The notes under the pieces: model-generated
Database searches by the model: none
Seen by the model: the letters and a program-made list of their open reading frames with translations, nothing else
Told to the model about the DNA's origin: nothing
Origin: Sphaerodactylus townsendi
Lineage: Eukaryota
DNA: 64,000 nucleotides
NCBI RefSeq assembly: GCF_021028975.2
Contig: NC_059430.1
Span: forward strand, 37,448,001-37,512,000
Direction: 5' to 3'
In this document: positions 34,701-48,000 of the stretch, in pieces
Layout: the number at the start of each line of letters is the position of its first letter
How positions within the stretch are numbered: the first letter of the stretch is position 1
Position numbers and translations under genes: made by a program

Positions 34701-36035
34701 TAAAACTCCCAAACCACAGTCTCACAGCCCAGAAAACCCACTATAGCCTTCACCAAAAAAAAAAAGACAACAAAGGGAAAGGTGTGGTGGCAATAAGAGG
34801 CTTTGATGATTGAGGCTGAGATCAAGCTTGGGAGAGCCACGCTATCTCGCCCCAATCCCGGGTCCATTTCCCTCCAATGACTCCAGACCAGCTGAGTTCT
34901 CAAGGATTTATTGAAAAATAGAAATAAAAGAAATAAAACATAAATGCAGTTACAGAGATTGCTCAGTTGAATACATTCTTAGGTTCTGTTGGGACCTCTT
35001 GCCCAAGAGATGCTTCTCTTAGCTTAGCCCATGGTAGAATCACCTTGGTCTTTGTTCTTAGTCTCCAAGAAAACTTCCCTCCTTGCCATGCGGTCCCCAA
35101 AGCCTTTGAAGCGCCTTATTTGGGCATCTTCCTGTCCTGGGTACATTTCCATGGCCTTTTGGTTTCCCCATCGGGAGATCAAAGACCATTTTAACATGTA
35201 GGTGTGATGCTGCTAGATTTACAGTACAATTCCATCACAGAGGCTATAAACAACAGATAAGATTGGGCAAGCTTCAACTTTTTGTGCTGCTGATGAAGCA
35301 GTTTTGAGCTATGAAACAGGGCGGGAAAGCCAGATCTGGAAAGAAAAGTCCAATAGTCCCATCCTCTCACAGCTCAGCATCTCCAACCTTTGCTCACCTA
35401 CCCTGCAGTTCTGTTTCTTTGAATATACTGGACTTTACCACTGTCCTGAAGCCTTTTGTGCATTTCAGTTCATTCCATTTAGTGGCCACATATGCTATTA
35501 TTATATTCCCTTTGCCTTCTGTTGTGCTGTTGTTTTGGATCTTTGTGTTTCCTCTGACTCCTGCATACATGTTGATGCAGATTGTGTGTGGGTTTTTTTT
35601 CTTATCTGTTGTTTAAAGCCTTCACCAATACACTTTTCTGTCACCTCCCTGACTAAAGGCAACCGATACTGCTGCTAATACTAAGTGCCATCCTAAGCAG
35701 AGTTATGCCTTTCAAAGCCCACTGACTGTAATGGATTTTGAAGGGTGTAACTTTGCTTAAGATTGCACTGTAAAATCGTTATAATGCAAGCCAGTCAAGA
35801 TCTGCCATTTCTTCTTGAATGTCTCTTCATTTTCTTTTTTGACATCTGACATCACAGAGTAGCTTTAAAAGGTTCCTGAGTATTTGGAATGAAATAGCAG
35901 AATGTTGGCAGAAGCAGTACTGGTAGAATGACAGATTCTTGGATTAGAGATGCTCGCACATGGCAAAAACTGATACCCAGAAATCCACCAATGTGTATTA
36001 TTTCATTGCTCTTTACATCACCATTTGGAACAAAT

Positions 36036-36067
<32 letters not shown>

Positions 36068-39000
36068 TCAAATGACTAACTTTCAATAAATATCTTGCCC
36101 ATTTAAAATATAAATACAATCCAAGAAATGTCTTTCATGGCGTTGTGTGTGTAAAGTGCTGTTACTGTGTGTGTAAAGTACTGATTACAACTGGCTACCA
36201 CAGCAAGGGCTTTCAAGGCAAGTGATCAAGCAGAGAAGCCATTGAAATTCACAAGCACATGGACAATTTCAACAGGAAGGAAGAAACCATGAAAATGAAC
36301 AGAATTTGGCTGCCAGTGTTGAAAAACTCTAGAATCGACAGTGACTAATCAGCTCCACACAAACACAGGACAATTATAGACAATAGCAATCAAAGGGAAC
36401 AAAGACCAGGATACTTCTATTCAGATGCATTCACCTATTGACCTTGCTATCTTCATTGTTACTCACATGCTACAGACTTCTTTGTGACTCACATGCCAGG
36501 CTACTGTATTCAGATGGCCTCATCTTTTGACCTCACAGTATATATACTCCACTTGCTTTCCATTCCTACTATCAGATCCTCTGAAGATGCCAGTCACAGA
36601 TGCAGGCGAAACGTCAGGAGAGAATGCTGCTAGAACACGGTCATACAGCCCGGAAACCACACAGCACCCCAAGCAGAGGTGATTTGCCATTGCCTTCCTC
36701 TGCAGAGACTTCCTGGAGAGGTCTCCCTTCCAAATACCAACCCTATTTAGCTTCTGAGATCTTATGAGAGCATGTTATACCATTCTGCCTTCCTTCCCTA
36801 CATGGCACTATCATCAGTCAGTAATCCTAAACATACTTACTAAGGATTAAACAGCACTGAACTCCATGAGATTTATTAACACGTGCTTAGGATTGTTGAA
36901 TAAATTTCTTCTTATTAGGTTGCATAAATTTTTCTCCATTGCAAAACAAGACTCAACATATGTATAATTTGGGCACACTGGAAGTACTGACCAAGACAAA
37001 CAAGCCCCACAAATTATATGTATGCAGAATTGCCACTGCAAACAATCTATCTGTGTGGATCAGGAAATTTCAGAAAGTGATTTCACAAAATGATTCTCAT
37101 GTAGAACTCTACCTGTGTGTAAAATGGTCCAGGTTATTGAATTAAGATAGGAAATAATCATTTCTGAGAAGATCTTTTTTTTTCTACTACTTTTTTCTGC
37201 TTTCTGTGGAAGAGGAAAAACTTCCTCTTGCGTAAGAAGGACTAATCTGATAGCAATTTTCGCAATCTGACTTTTTTCATTCACAGGCAGTTCCTGTGGA
37301 GCTTCCGGTTGCCTGGAGAAGCACAGAAAATTGATCGTATGATGGAAGCTTTTGCCAACTGGTACTGTCAGTGCAATCCAGGTGTTTTTCAATCCACAGG
37401 TAACTGCGAGAGAAGCTCTTTTTTGGTGGAGGGATGGGGGGGGAGGAATTGTTGGAGTTTACTAACACATTGATTTAAAGGCAAAATGCCTATTAGGAAG
37501 TGCATTTAGGATAGGAAAGAGGGCAGGATATCATGCTGCTGTCTTGCTGAAGAGTCTCTGCAACTAACTTCCAAAAAGAAGCAGGATATTAGACCTGAGA
37601 GTATCAGTCTAAGGGTAGACAAGAGGTTACACAAAAGGACGGAGGGGTCAGTAACTTTATAGGCTTCTAGCTGACCACTTGCCCGTCCCATGCTGGGTCT
37701 TCTTCTCAGTTCCTTTGTACATTACACATTGCTACATCCAACAGGAACAATGCATTCAAGAGTTTGCCAAAATGAAGGAATGGCCAGCTTAAGACACTTG
37801 TAGGCTTACCGATGTCAACTGAATACAGCTGATCTCCTGACTACAGATATCCTTTTCCCTGGAGAAAATGTTAGCTTTGGAGAATAGACTCTATGGCCGT
37901 GGTGGCGAACCTTTGGCACTCCAGATGTTATGGACTACAATTCCCATCAGCCCCTGCCAGCATGGCCAATTGGCCATACTGGCAGGGGCTGATGGGAATT
38001 GTAGTCCATAACATCTGGGGTGCCAAAGGTTTGCCACCACTGCTCTATGGCATCACATCCCTACTGAAGTTCCACTTCTGTCCCAATTCTTACCACCCCA
38101 GGCATCCCCCCCAAATCTCCAGGAATCTCCAAAGACAGAGTTGGCACCCATAACCATTCGACTGCCATGTTGAAAACCAGTTCTCTTATCTTTCTCTATA
38201 GTTATATGCCCTTCCCTTGACGGCACAGGCTAGCCTGATCTCATCAGAGCTTGCAAGAGAAGCAGGGTCTGAAGAGGAAAACACTCGGGCAGGTTTAAGT
38301 TCCACAACATCTCACTTCAGAAAAAAAAAATCCTCACTGCAGAGGATCATCATAGCCAGGCAGTCTGAAGCCCCACTCTCTCTACTGCCTGTTGCGGGCA
38401 TGATCTGCTGGCAGGTGGAACCACCCATTTGAGTAACTGACAGTGACATCCTATTCAGAGTGACAGCCACCGAAGTCAATCGGCTCGGAAGAGTGTTACT
38501 CTGCTTAGTCTTGTACAGTGAGACACCAATTCATTGTCATCACCCCGACCCCTCAGCTTCCGTAACCATTTTAAATGTGCCACACGTACACACAGATGCT
38601 GCCTTGTGCCCTGCTACAGATCTTGAGGGGATAATATTGATGTACAAAGCAAATCAATGAAGGACACATAATGTGATTATAAGGAAATTACTTCCCCCCA
38701 GGTAGCTGACAACGTGACCCTTTCTGCACTTGTCTCTTTCGCACTGAGCATACGTTCCCTTGGGGTTGGATTCTTGATTGTGCACACTTTCCACTTATTC
38801 AGAAGCCAGTATGCTCTCAGATTAGAGAATCTCCATGGTTTCCAAAAGCTCTGAAAGTGCAACTTTTCCTTTCCCTTTACAGGGAGAGTGAAGGGAAACA
38901 GCATGCATTTTGCTTTCTTCAGATTTTGTCGCTCCTCCCTGTTTCCCCTGCCTACACAACAGTTTCTCCTCCTCTTCTGGCCACAACTTTCAAAGAATTG

Positions 39001-42000
39001 AAAGGACTGTGGGGGGGGGGGGAGGGTTTCCACTCTGAAGGTCTATCACTGGACCACAGATAGCACCAAAAAACCCTCCAAAAACAAAAAGGCAGCAGGC
39101 AACCTTCCCAGATGGAGGTTGCATGTAAAGAACAAGGAAACAGCGGGTGGGCAAGGTGACAGATCGACTCAACTGGGAACTCTTCACAGGAGGAGAATCC
39201 CAGGTATAAACAAAAAAAAACCTATGGGAAAAACTCACTGCAAAGCAAACAGCCATGGGGTAAGTACTGAGTAGTACATGCTCAAAGGGTCTTTGTCACA
39301 GAATAATCAGCCAGCTTCTTCTAAAACATCTATGCATGCCTGCTTGTGTAACTATTGCACAGGCCAATTGAATATGGAAGGTAATAAATGTTGCTAAAAC
39401 CTCAGTTGCATATTACACTTAGCAGATAGTGTCCATGTTCTTTTTAAAAGTTTGGCACGCAGTCTATGCTCTGACCTGAAAAGCCCAGCTAGTTCGATCT
39501 TGGAAGCTAAGCCGGGTTAGCCCCTGGTTGGTCCTTGAATGGGAGACCTCTGTGGCAGTCCAGGGTCACTACACAGAGGCAAGCAATGAATACTGAGTGA
39601 ATTTATTTGTATTTAGCCATAGGCCATTACAACCACATCAACACTTAAATCAAAAACAGTTTGAATATATATGATAAAATATACAACACTGGCTTAAATA
39701 TAGAGTGATATTAACTAAAATATACAGCAACATACCAATTAATCATAACAACCAAGAATCAGCTCTAAAAGACTGCTCCCTTAGCAACCTCATTGGACCT
39801 TATTTTCTTCGCTGCCAGAGCATGTAAAGGCTTTCTATGAAAAACTTACTCTTCAGAGTCTGATATCAAAAATATTAGTTTCTCGGCATTAGAGAGAATA
39901 TTTAAACCAGAAATCATCCTGGCAAGAAATTTAGTCCTGGGTTCTGCATACAGTAGTAGACAGTCAAATATATAATGGGACAAGTCCTCCAGTGAAAGAG
40001 ATCCACAGATACAAAAGCACTTCTCTTTTGTCATTTGATAATAACAACTGGCTGGTACAGCCGTTGACATCATTTTGAAGTGTAAAGACATTAAAGCTGC
40101 TCTAAGATCTTGATTTGGGATATTGACTAGGTAGGAAGACAGGGGTGTCAAACCTATGACCCACCAGATATTCATGGACTACAATTTCCATGAGCTCTGC
40201 CAATTGGCCATGCTGGCAGGGGCTGATGGGAATCGTAGTCCAAGAACATCTGGAAGGATACAGGTTGGAGGCCCCTGCTCTAAGATGATTGTTTTTGAAT
40301 AATTTAAACCATGGAGCCGTTGTCGATTTCAGGATTAGTGATCTACCCATCAAATCTATACACCCAGTCTCTAAGTTGGGAATTGTCTGCTGACAACTCT
40401 AGAAGGTTGTCTGAGATTGCGTATTGTGATAGTATATCATTGAAAAAATCAAGGTGTGTTGGATCTTTTGATAGCACAAGATTAAATGATCAGCTGCTAA
40501 ACAATTTTAGTGTAGTTATTCTGATTTTTCTCCATAATTTTAGAATGGCTAGATGTGCAAACGTCCTAAGAGAAGGGAGGCCAGCTTCTGCTCTCATAAG
40601 GGCAGCTGGGGAGGACTAGAATGTACCTTAAAAGTTGGTTTTGATTAATTTCCAGACTAGCTAACATGTTCTCTTCCATCCCCACACTTCCACTCCATAT
40701 AGGAGATGTGCAAGAACTTTACTTTTATATAATTTTAAGACGTAAAGAAAAAACACAGGGGCCCCTTCCACACATGCAGAATAATGCACTTTTAATCCAC
40801 TTTCAATGCACTTTGAAGCTGTGCAGAATAGCAAAATCCACTTTCAAACGATTGTGAAAGTGAATTGAAAGTGCATTATTCTGCATGTGCAGAAGGGGCA
40901 GACTAGACCCCACTATCCTTAACACAGGAGGTTTAACTGTTGCCAAACACACATTCCATTTTAAGGACTCCTTAAATGTCAATCCAAAATATTTAAAAGA
41001 GCTGCACAGCTTAATTGGGTTTCCAAGTATACTCCGAGATGAAATTTTTGCCCATTTCCTGAAGACATTCACTTCAGTCGTCTCATAATTGAGGTTAAGA
41101 GCTTCTTCATTGCAGTATAAACTCAGTTCCTGCAACAGTCTTCTCAAGCCAATTGAAGTAAGGGAGATTATGGGCGTGTCATCCACATGTAATAGAATTT
41201 AAATTTTGTGATGGCCAAGTGAAGGTGGAACAAATTGCAGGCCTGAAAGCTTCTCAACAATGTCACTTATAAACAGATCAAATAGCAACAAGGAGAGGCA
41301 GGCAATGGCAACTCACCTCTGAATGTCTCTTCCCTTGAAAACCCTAAAAGGTTGCCATAAATTGGCTGCAACTTCACAGTACTTTCCAGCACACCATGAT
41401 TATGCAGTCTTGTTCTCCTCCGAAGCCCTGTCTGTTCTCTTTCTTTGAAGACTTATTTACCTATGCTGCCTAAAATACTTCTTTGCAGCTTTTCTCACTT
41501 GTGAGTGCATTTGTTTAAAACACAAATATTTGGTATGAAAAGCGGAAATGTATGAAAAGTTGTTAATGTGCTTGAGTTGAATTGATAGTTGTGCTACTGT
41601 CTTTTTCTTTGTAAACAAGACAATTGTGGGGGGGGGGTGAACAATTGTTGTTGGGCAATAACAGTACACAGCCAAGCTGCATGGGGCAGGCAGGGAAAGT
41701 TCTTTCTTCCTGTTACCTTCCTCTTGGGAGAGGGGCTAGATGAGGACAGAGGTGTAGCAAGGGGGGAAAGCACCCGGTGTACCAGTGCGTCCTCCACCCC
41801 CATCCCACCCCGGAACGCCCCCATCCTGCCCCAGAACACCACACCACGGTCCTGGAACGCCCCCGGAATTCCTTCACCACACACCCACAGGGGCACGCAC
41901 CCGGTGCATCACCCCCGGTCCCCTTGAAGCTACACCTCTGGCTGAGGAACAGGTCTGTTTTCCCAAGCCTTTTTTCCCTTCCCAGTCTCCCCCTGACTGC

Positions 42001-45000
42001 AGGTCAGGCAAATGGCCATCCTTCTCCTGTACTATCACTCCTGCCCCACTAACCCATCACCCTGGCCCATCCTTCGTCTTCCAAATGCTACTGTGAGTGA
42101 TCATAGCACACTCTGAGTAATCTGAGTAATCATAGCACAGGAATTTCTTTTAGCATGTTTCTTTCATCCTATTGCATATACTGTTTGGTAAAGCTCTGAC
42201 AGGAACAGCCACAGGTCAGCTGGCTTTCGGAAACCAACTTGGAAGTCCTTCCTGCAGGCTTTCTTGGCAGAGATGTCACCTTGAACTGCACCTCTTAAAA
42301 CCCAAGGGCTTACCCACCCACTCCATTCTCTTGTTTTGTTTTTGGTAGACACCTGCTACATCCTCTCCTTTTCCATCATAATGTTGAACACCAGCCTGCA
42401 TAATCCCAATGTCAAAGACAAGCCTCCACTTGAGAGGTTTGTGTCCATGAACAGAGGCATCAATGATGGAACGGACTTGCCGGAACCACTCCTAAGGGTA
42501 AGAAAGCATTGGGCATTTTTTCTGTTTCAGGTGGCTTGAAGTCAAAACAGACTCCCCTGCAAGAAAGTCTGGATCCTCTTCCATGGTTCTGGATACACAA
42601 AGAAGCATCAGCAATAGCTGTTCCAAACAGTCAAATGTCATATTATCCTGGAGACCCATGATCAGATTTTCAAATGTATCATTTATCTAGTGGGTTGTGG
42701 TGGTGGTGATACAGAGTAGGGTTTGTTTGTTTTTACTCTTCCCCTCCTTGCAATCAACATGGGCATGAAATGATAAGGGAAACATCACTGGCTGGATATC
42801 TGGCTATCCTAGGCCAATTATAAGCCAGGCAGTGTAGTGTAGTGGGTGGCAGGATTAAGGAGAATCGGGTTCAAATCTCCAGACTGCCATGAAACTCACT
42901 TGGGTCAGCCACTGTCATCCTAGCCATATCTATTTCACAGTGATATTAGGAGGATAAAATAAGACGAAAGTCTATATGTCTTCTGAGTTCCTTGGAAGAG
43001 GGGCAGGGTAAAAATTCTATCATTGTTCCCCAGTTCGTTATTATAGATTCCAAAAGAGAACTGTCTATGCCACTCTTTTTTCTTACAAGCCACAGTTTAG
43101 CCAGTCAATTTTGGAATCCAGTCATTCATTCATTCGTTTGTTCATTTGTTCATTCATTTGATTTATATTCCAGTCTCCCTGTCAAGCAGGCTCAGAGCGG
43201 CTAACAATCCATATATTAACACAGTTTACATATTAATAATGAATCAGTGATGTGTGTGATGTCAATGATTAATTGCCTCCTGGAGACAATTCAGAATTTT
43301 TTGCACACATTTTTTTAAAAAGCGATACATTTGGCATTCATGCTCAATCAGTTCCCAGGTGCAAGAATTCCCTCCAGTGTTTCAAATGACATGCTGAATC
43401 AGCCTTCCACATGCATTGGAAATATTGCCTCCATTCCTCTATCACTTTGTGCAGAGTGATAAGCTGCAGTATTGCAGTCAAGTTTCAGGTAGCCTGCTCA
43501 AGGTTGACTCAGCCTTCCATTCTCCCAAGGTCAGTAAAATAAGTACCCAGCTTGTGTAGACAACTGGGGAAGGCAATGGCAAACCAATCTGTAAACATAG
43601 CCTACCGATTAAACGTGATGTGATGTCACTTCATGGGTCAGGAATTATATTTCACCTTTCTCTTTGTAGCTTTAAATAATCCAAGTTGTCTGCAAGAGGT
43701 TTTTGTAAAACCTTGGTGGAAAATGTTGATGGAGTTGTGTTTATTTTCATATATAACTAATATAACTGGCAACCTTTATGTGTATTGTGCCTTAATAGAA
43801 TGACATTTACTGACTATATTTTTTTAGATATTATGTGCTCTAAAGCTTTTTCTTTTCAATTAAATAATGAACATGTTTGGATTCTCTGTTCAAATGTTTA
43901 AGATACAGGAACTTAACCAAAATGTTGTGGCCACCTTTCATTTACAAGACCTCTTCAGGCATTGAGCTTTTGGTGTTCCCATAGGCCAGGAGAGCATGCT
44001 ACACACAAGAGCATGCTACCTACATGCAATTGCCTTTTTGTGTAAAAAGGGCAACACATGTATTTAATCACAAAATATGCCAATTACATTTGTCAGACAA
44101 AAAGTGTATTGAGATGATTGTACATAGCGCACTTCTTCAGTTCTGGTCGCCACATCTCAAAAAGGATATTGAAGAGATAGAAAAAGTGCAGAGAAGGGCA
44201 ACGAGGATGATTGAGGGACTGGAGCACCTTCCTTATGAGGAGAGGTTGCAGCATTTGGGACTCTTTAGTTTGGAGAGGAAACGTCTGAGGGGGGATATGA
44301 TTGAAGTCTATAAAATTATGCATGGAGTAGAAAATGTTGACAGAGAGAAATTTTTCTCTCTTTCTCACAATACTAGAACCAGGGGGCATCCATTGAAAAT
44401 GCTGGGGGGAAGAATTAGGACTAATAAAAGGAAACACTTCTTCATGCAACGTGTGATTGGTGTTTGGAATATGCTGCCACAGGAGGTGGTGATGGCCACT
44501 AACCTGGATAGCTTTAAAAGGGGCTTGGACAGATTTATGGAGGACAAGTCAATCTCTGGCTACCAAACTTGATCCTTCTTGATCTGAGGTTGCAAATGCC
44601 TTAGCAGACCAGGTGCTTGGGAACAGCAGCAGCAGAAGGCCATTGCTTTCACCTCCTGCATGTGAACTCCCAAAGGCACCTGGTGGGCCACTGCGAGTAG
44701 CAGAGTGCTGGACTAGATGGACTCTGGTCTGATCCAGCAGGCTCTTTCTTATGTTCTTATGTGGGACTGCAGCACCAGTAATGTAATTCCTGAAAGTGCT
44801 ACTTTAGAACCATCTGTGAGTCTTGAAGTTGTAGACAGTGAACCCTTTATATGTGGGTACATTGAATATGTATGGGGAGATGTGCCTATTGGCATACATC
44901 CCCTGTTCATGTTCAGTATAGCATCTGAACAGTATCTACTTTTATACAAGTTTACATGTGTTGGCTATTCCACTCAGTAGCCCTTTTCCACTGGCATAAT

Positions 45001-48000
45001 GCCCATTGGGCAAGGTGGGCAGCTGCCCAGGGCATCACCTTGTGAAGGGCATCAAAATGCTGGGTTCGTTTTGGGGTATTTTTGTGGTTTTCCATTTTTG
45101 GCCTGCAGGGCGTGCATGTTTAAGGCTAGCAGCACCAAAATTTCAGGGTACCATTCAGAAACTGTCCTGATGATATCACCCAAATTTGGTGAGGTTTGGT
45201 TCAGGGAGTCCAAAGTTATGGACTCCCAAAGAGGGCCCCTATCCCCCATTGTTTCCGATGGGAGCTAATAGGAGATGGGGGCTACAGTTTTGAGGGTCCA
45301 TAACTTTGGCCCCCCTGAATCAAACTGCACCAAACCTGGGGGGTATCATTAGGGCAGTCTCCTGATGAGACCCTGAAAGTTTTGAGACTGTGCCTTCAGA
45401 AATGTACCCCCCGCAGCCTGCAACCCCCATTGACAGCAATGCAGAAAACTCAATGCAGAACAAAGATTCTTGGGAAAATTTCGGGATGTTCTTGCAGGGA
45501 GGGCATTCTTGGACTTATAAGCACCAAAATTTCAGGGTATCATCTGGAGACTGTCATGATGGCAACCCCAAGGTTTGGTGCAGTTTGGTTCAGGGGGGCC
45601 AAAGTCATGGACCTTCAAAAGGGTAGCCCCCATCTCCTTAGCAAAGAATGTGGGATGGGGTACCCCCTTTGAGGGTCCATAACTTTGGACCCCCTAAACC
45701 AAACTGCACCAAACTTGGGGGTCCCATTAGGACAGTTTCCAGATGATACCCTGACATTTTGGTGCTGATACATCCAAAAATGCGCCCCCTTCAGGAACAT
45801 CCCAGAAATTTGCCCAAGAATCTTTGTTCTGCATTGAGTTTTCTGCATTGCTGTCAATGGGGGTTGCAGGCTGCGGGGGGCACATTTCTGAAGGCACAGT
45901 CTCAAAACTTTCAGGGTATCATCATGAGACTGCCCTGATGATACCCCCCAGGTTTGGTGCAGTTTGGTTCAGGGGGGCCAAAGTTATGGACCCTCAAAAC
46001 TGTAGCCCCCATCTCCTATTATCTCCCATTGCAAGCTTTTATTGGCATAGACAACAGTACAACAATAATAAAAACGGATTAAAAAGCATATACAATACAG
46101 GAAATAAATGTTAGGTCGAAGGAAATCCACTGGCGTTTAGTAATTTCCAGGAGCAAGTCTGCCACTATCATACAGAGAGAAGGATCAGGATTGTCCAACA
46201 AGTAGTGTAATCTAATTAAAACGGGGAGATCTGGTAAATGTAAAGGAGTAAGATTCACATACTTGGATCTGATTTCCTTGAATCTGAGACAGTGTAGTAA
46301 TTGGTGGGCCAGAGTTTCAACTGAGCCATCATTACATGGGCCCAATCTTTTAGCCTTTTCTTGCTTATTAAATCTGCCATGCAACAAGGCAGAAGGCATA
46401 ACAACCTGGCGAGCATTATGGCTCTCCTTTGAGCAGGGTTTATTAAGCAATACAGGTAGTGTGCCAAGTGGCCCTGTTCAAATGGGAGAGAAAAATACAG
46501 GGGGGAGCATGTTTTCTTGGCTGCGGTGATTAGGGTAGAGAACTCTCTATCCAATAGTTGACCTTTTAATTTTCTATAAGCTTCTGAATAGGACAAAGGG
46601 CAAAGTGAATCCACTGACAGTCCAACAGAGGCCATTTTTTCTTCAATTATGGAAAACCACGGGTTGGAATGGGTGTCAGAGCAGACGGTGGACCAGGGAA
46701 TTACAGTCCAAGAGAAAATGAATTCGCAGCCAGAATCTAAAAGCCCTCAGCCAAGCAGCTGATTCCAAGGAGTTTTGACCTAACTCCAGACAAAGGGATG
46801 CATAGGGCACGCAATTTGGGGATTAGCTCCCATTGGAAACAATGGGGGATGGGGCACCCCTTTAGGGAGTCCATAACTTTGGACTCCTTGAACCAAACCT
46901 CACCAAACTTGGGGGGTAGCATAAGGACAGGCTCCTGATGATATGCTGAAATTTTAGTGCTGATATGTCTAAAAATGCACTCCCTGCATGCACCAATGTC
47001 CTGGTGCAAAAAATTTGGTCGTGGTGGAGTGGCCGACCATGGGGGGGGGGGGCATCCAACTCAGGTTTTGCCCTGGGCTACAGTTTGCCTCGTTACGCCC
47101 CTGCCCTTTTCAGTAATTATATTTTGGATTCTCCTACCTCCCGTACAGAAAGTGATCCTCCCAATACATGTAATTTCCATTTTGTATACATAGCGCAACA
47201 CGTACATTTTCAAGTTTTGGTACTCATGAATGTGTACTCCTTCGGAAATTGTGCTGAACATTTAAAGGGATGAGGTAAGGTGCACAGTTCTACTCCCCAC
47301 TCACATTTGCAGTGTATGTGCCCTGGATCTGTATGATCACAATGGATCAATAATGCACGACAGAGAACCACTTCCTAAATGAGGTTTTGTTTTTGGCAAA
47401 GCAGGGCTGCTTAGAATGCCAGAGGGTTTCACAAGGTCAACACCCCTTACGAAGTGCCCATACTAATTCTGCAACGCCTCTCAAATTCAGCATCCACTAT
47501 ATAAAATTGTGGTCTTCACTGGACTGTCGCTCCGGTTGCACCTCTGATGTACAGTGCCCTCCTAAGCAGAGTTGCACCCTCAGTAGATTTTTTTGGTGCT
47601 ATTTTTTGAATGTCAAATCGCAGGTAACTAATGGTGACTCCATAGGGTTTTCAAAATGGTTTGCCATTGACTTCCTCCATGTCATGACCCTGCTAGTCCT
47701 TGGGAGTTACTGATTCAGTTGCTAACCTTCTTAACTTCTGAGATCTGATGAGATCAGGCTAGCATGGGGCAATCCAGGTCAGACTTAGAATGTTGCTTAA
47801 GATGGCACTAATATAAGAAGCATGGAATGGCCCTTTCTGTATAAAGTCTGGATTTGTCTGCAGAAGCCACTTCCTGCTGGTAGTTTAGAGGAAGTAGCAG
47901 GAGATTTACAAATCTGTGACATCAAATTCCAGAAGTCCCAGTTCTGTTACTGTACTGGACAAGCAGATCAACATTCCCCTTTTGTGAGTGAGCAAAGTTT

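Noticed and set aside
39472-39590. 5S rRNA gene
   Set aside because: Diverged from 5S, lacks the proper 3' end and terminator, and continues into SINE body; several dispersed copies exist.
45382-45905. Two near-identical 96-aa ORFs on opposite strands
   Set aside because: Mirror images produced by the palindromic transposon; not genes.
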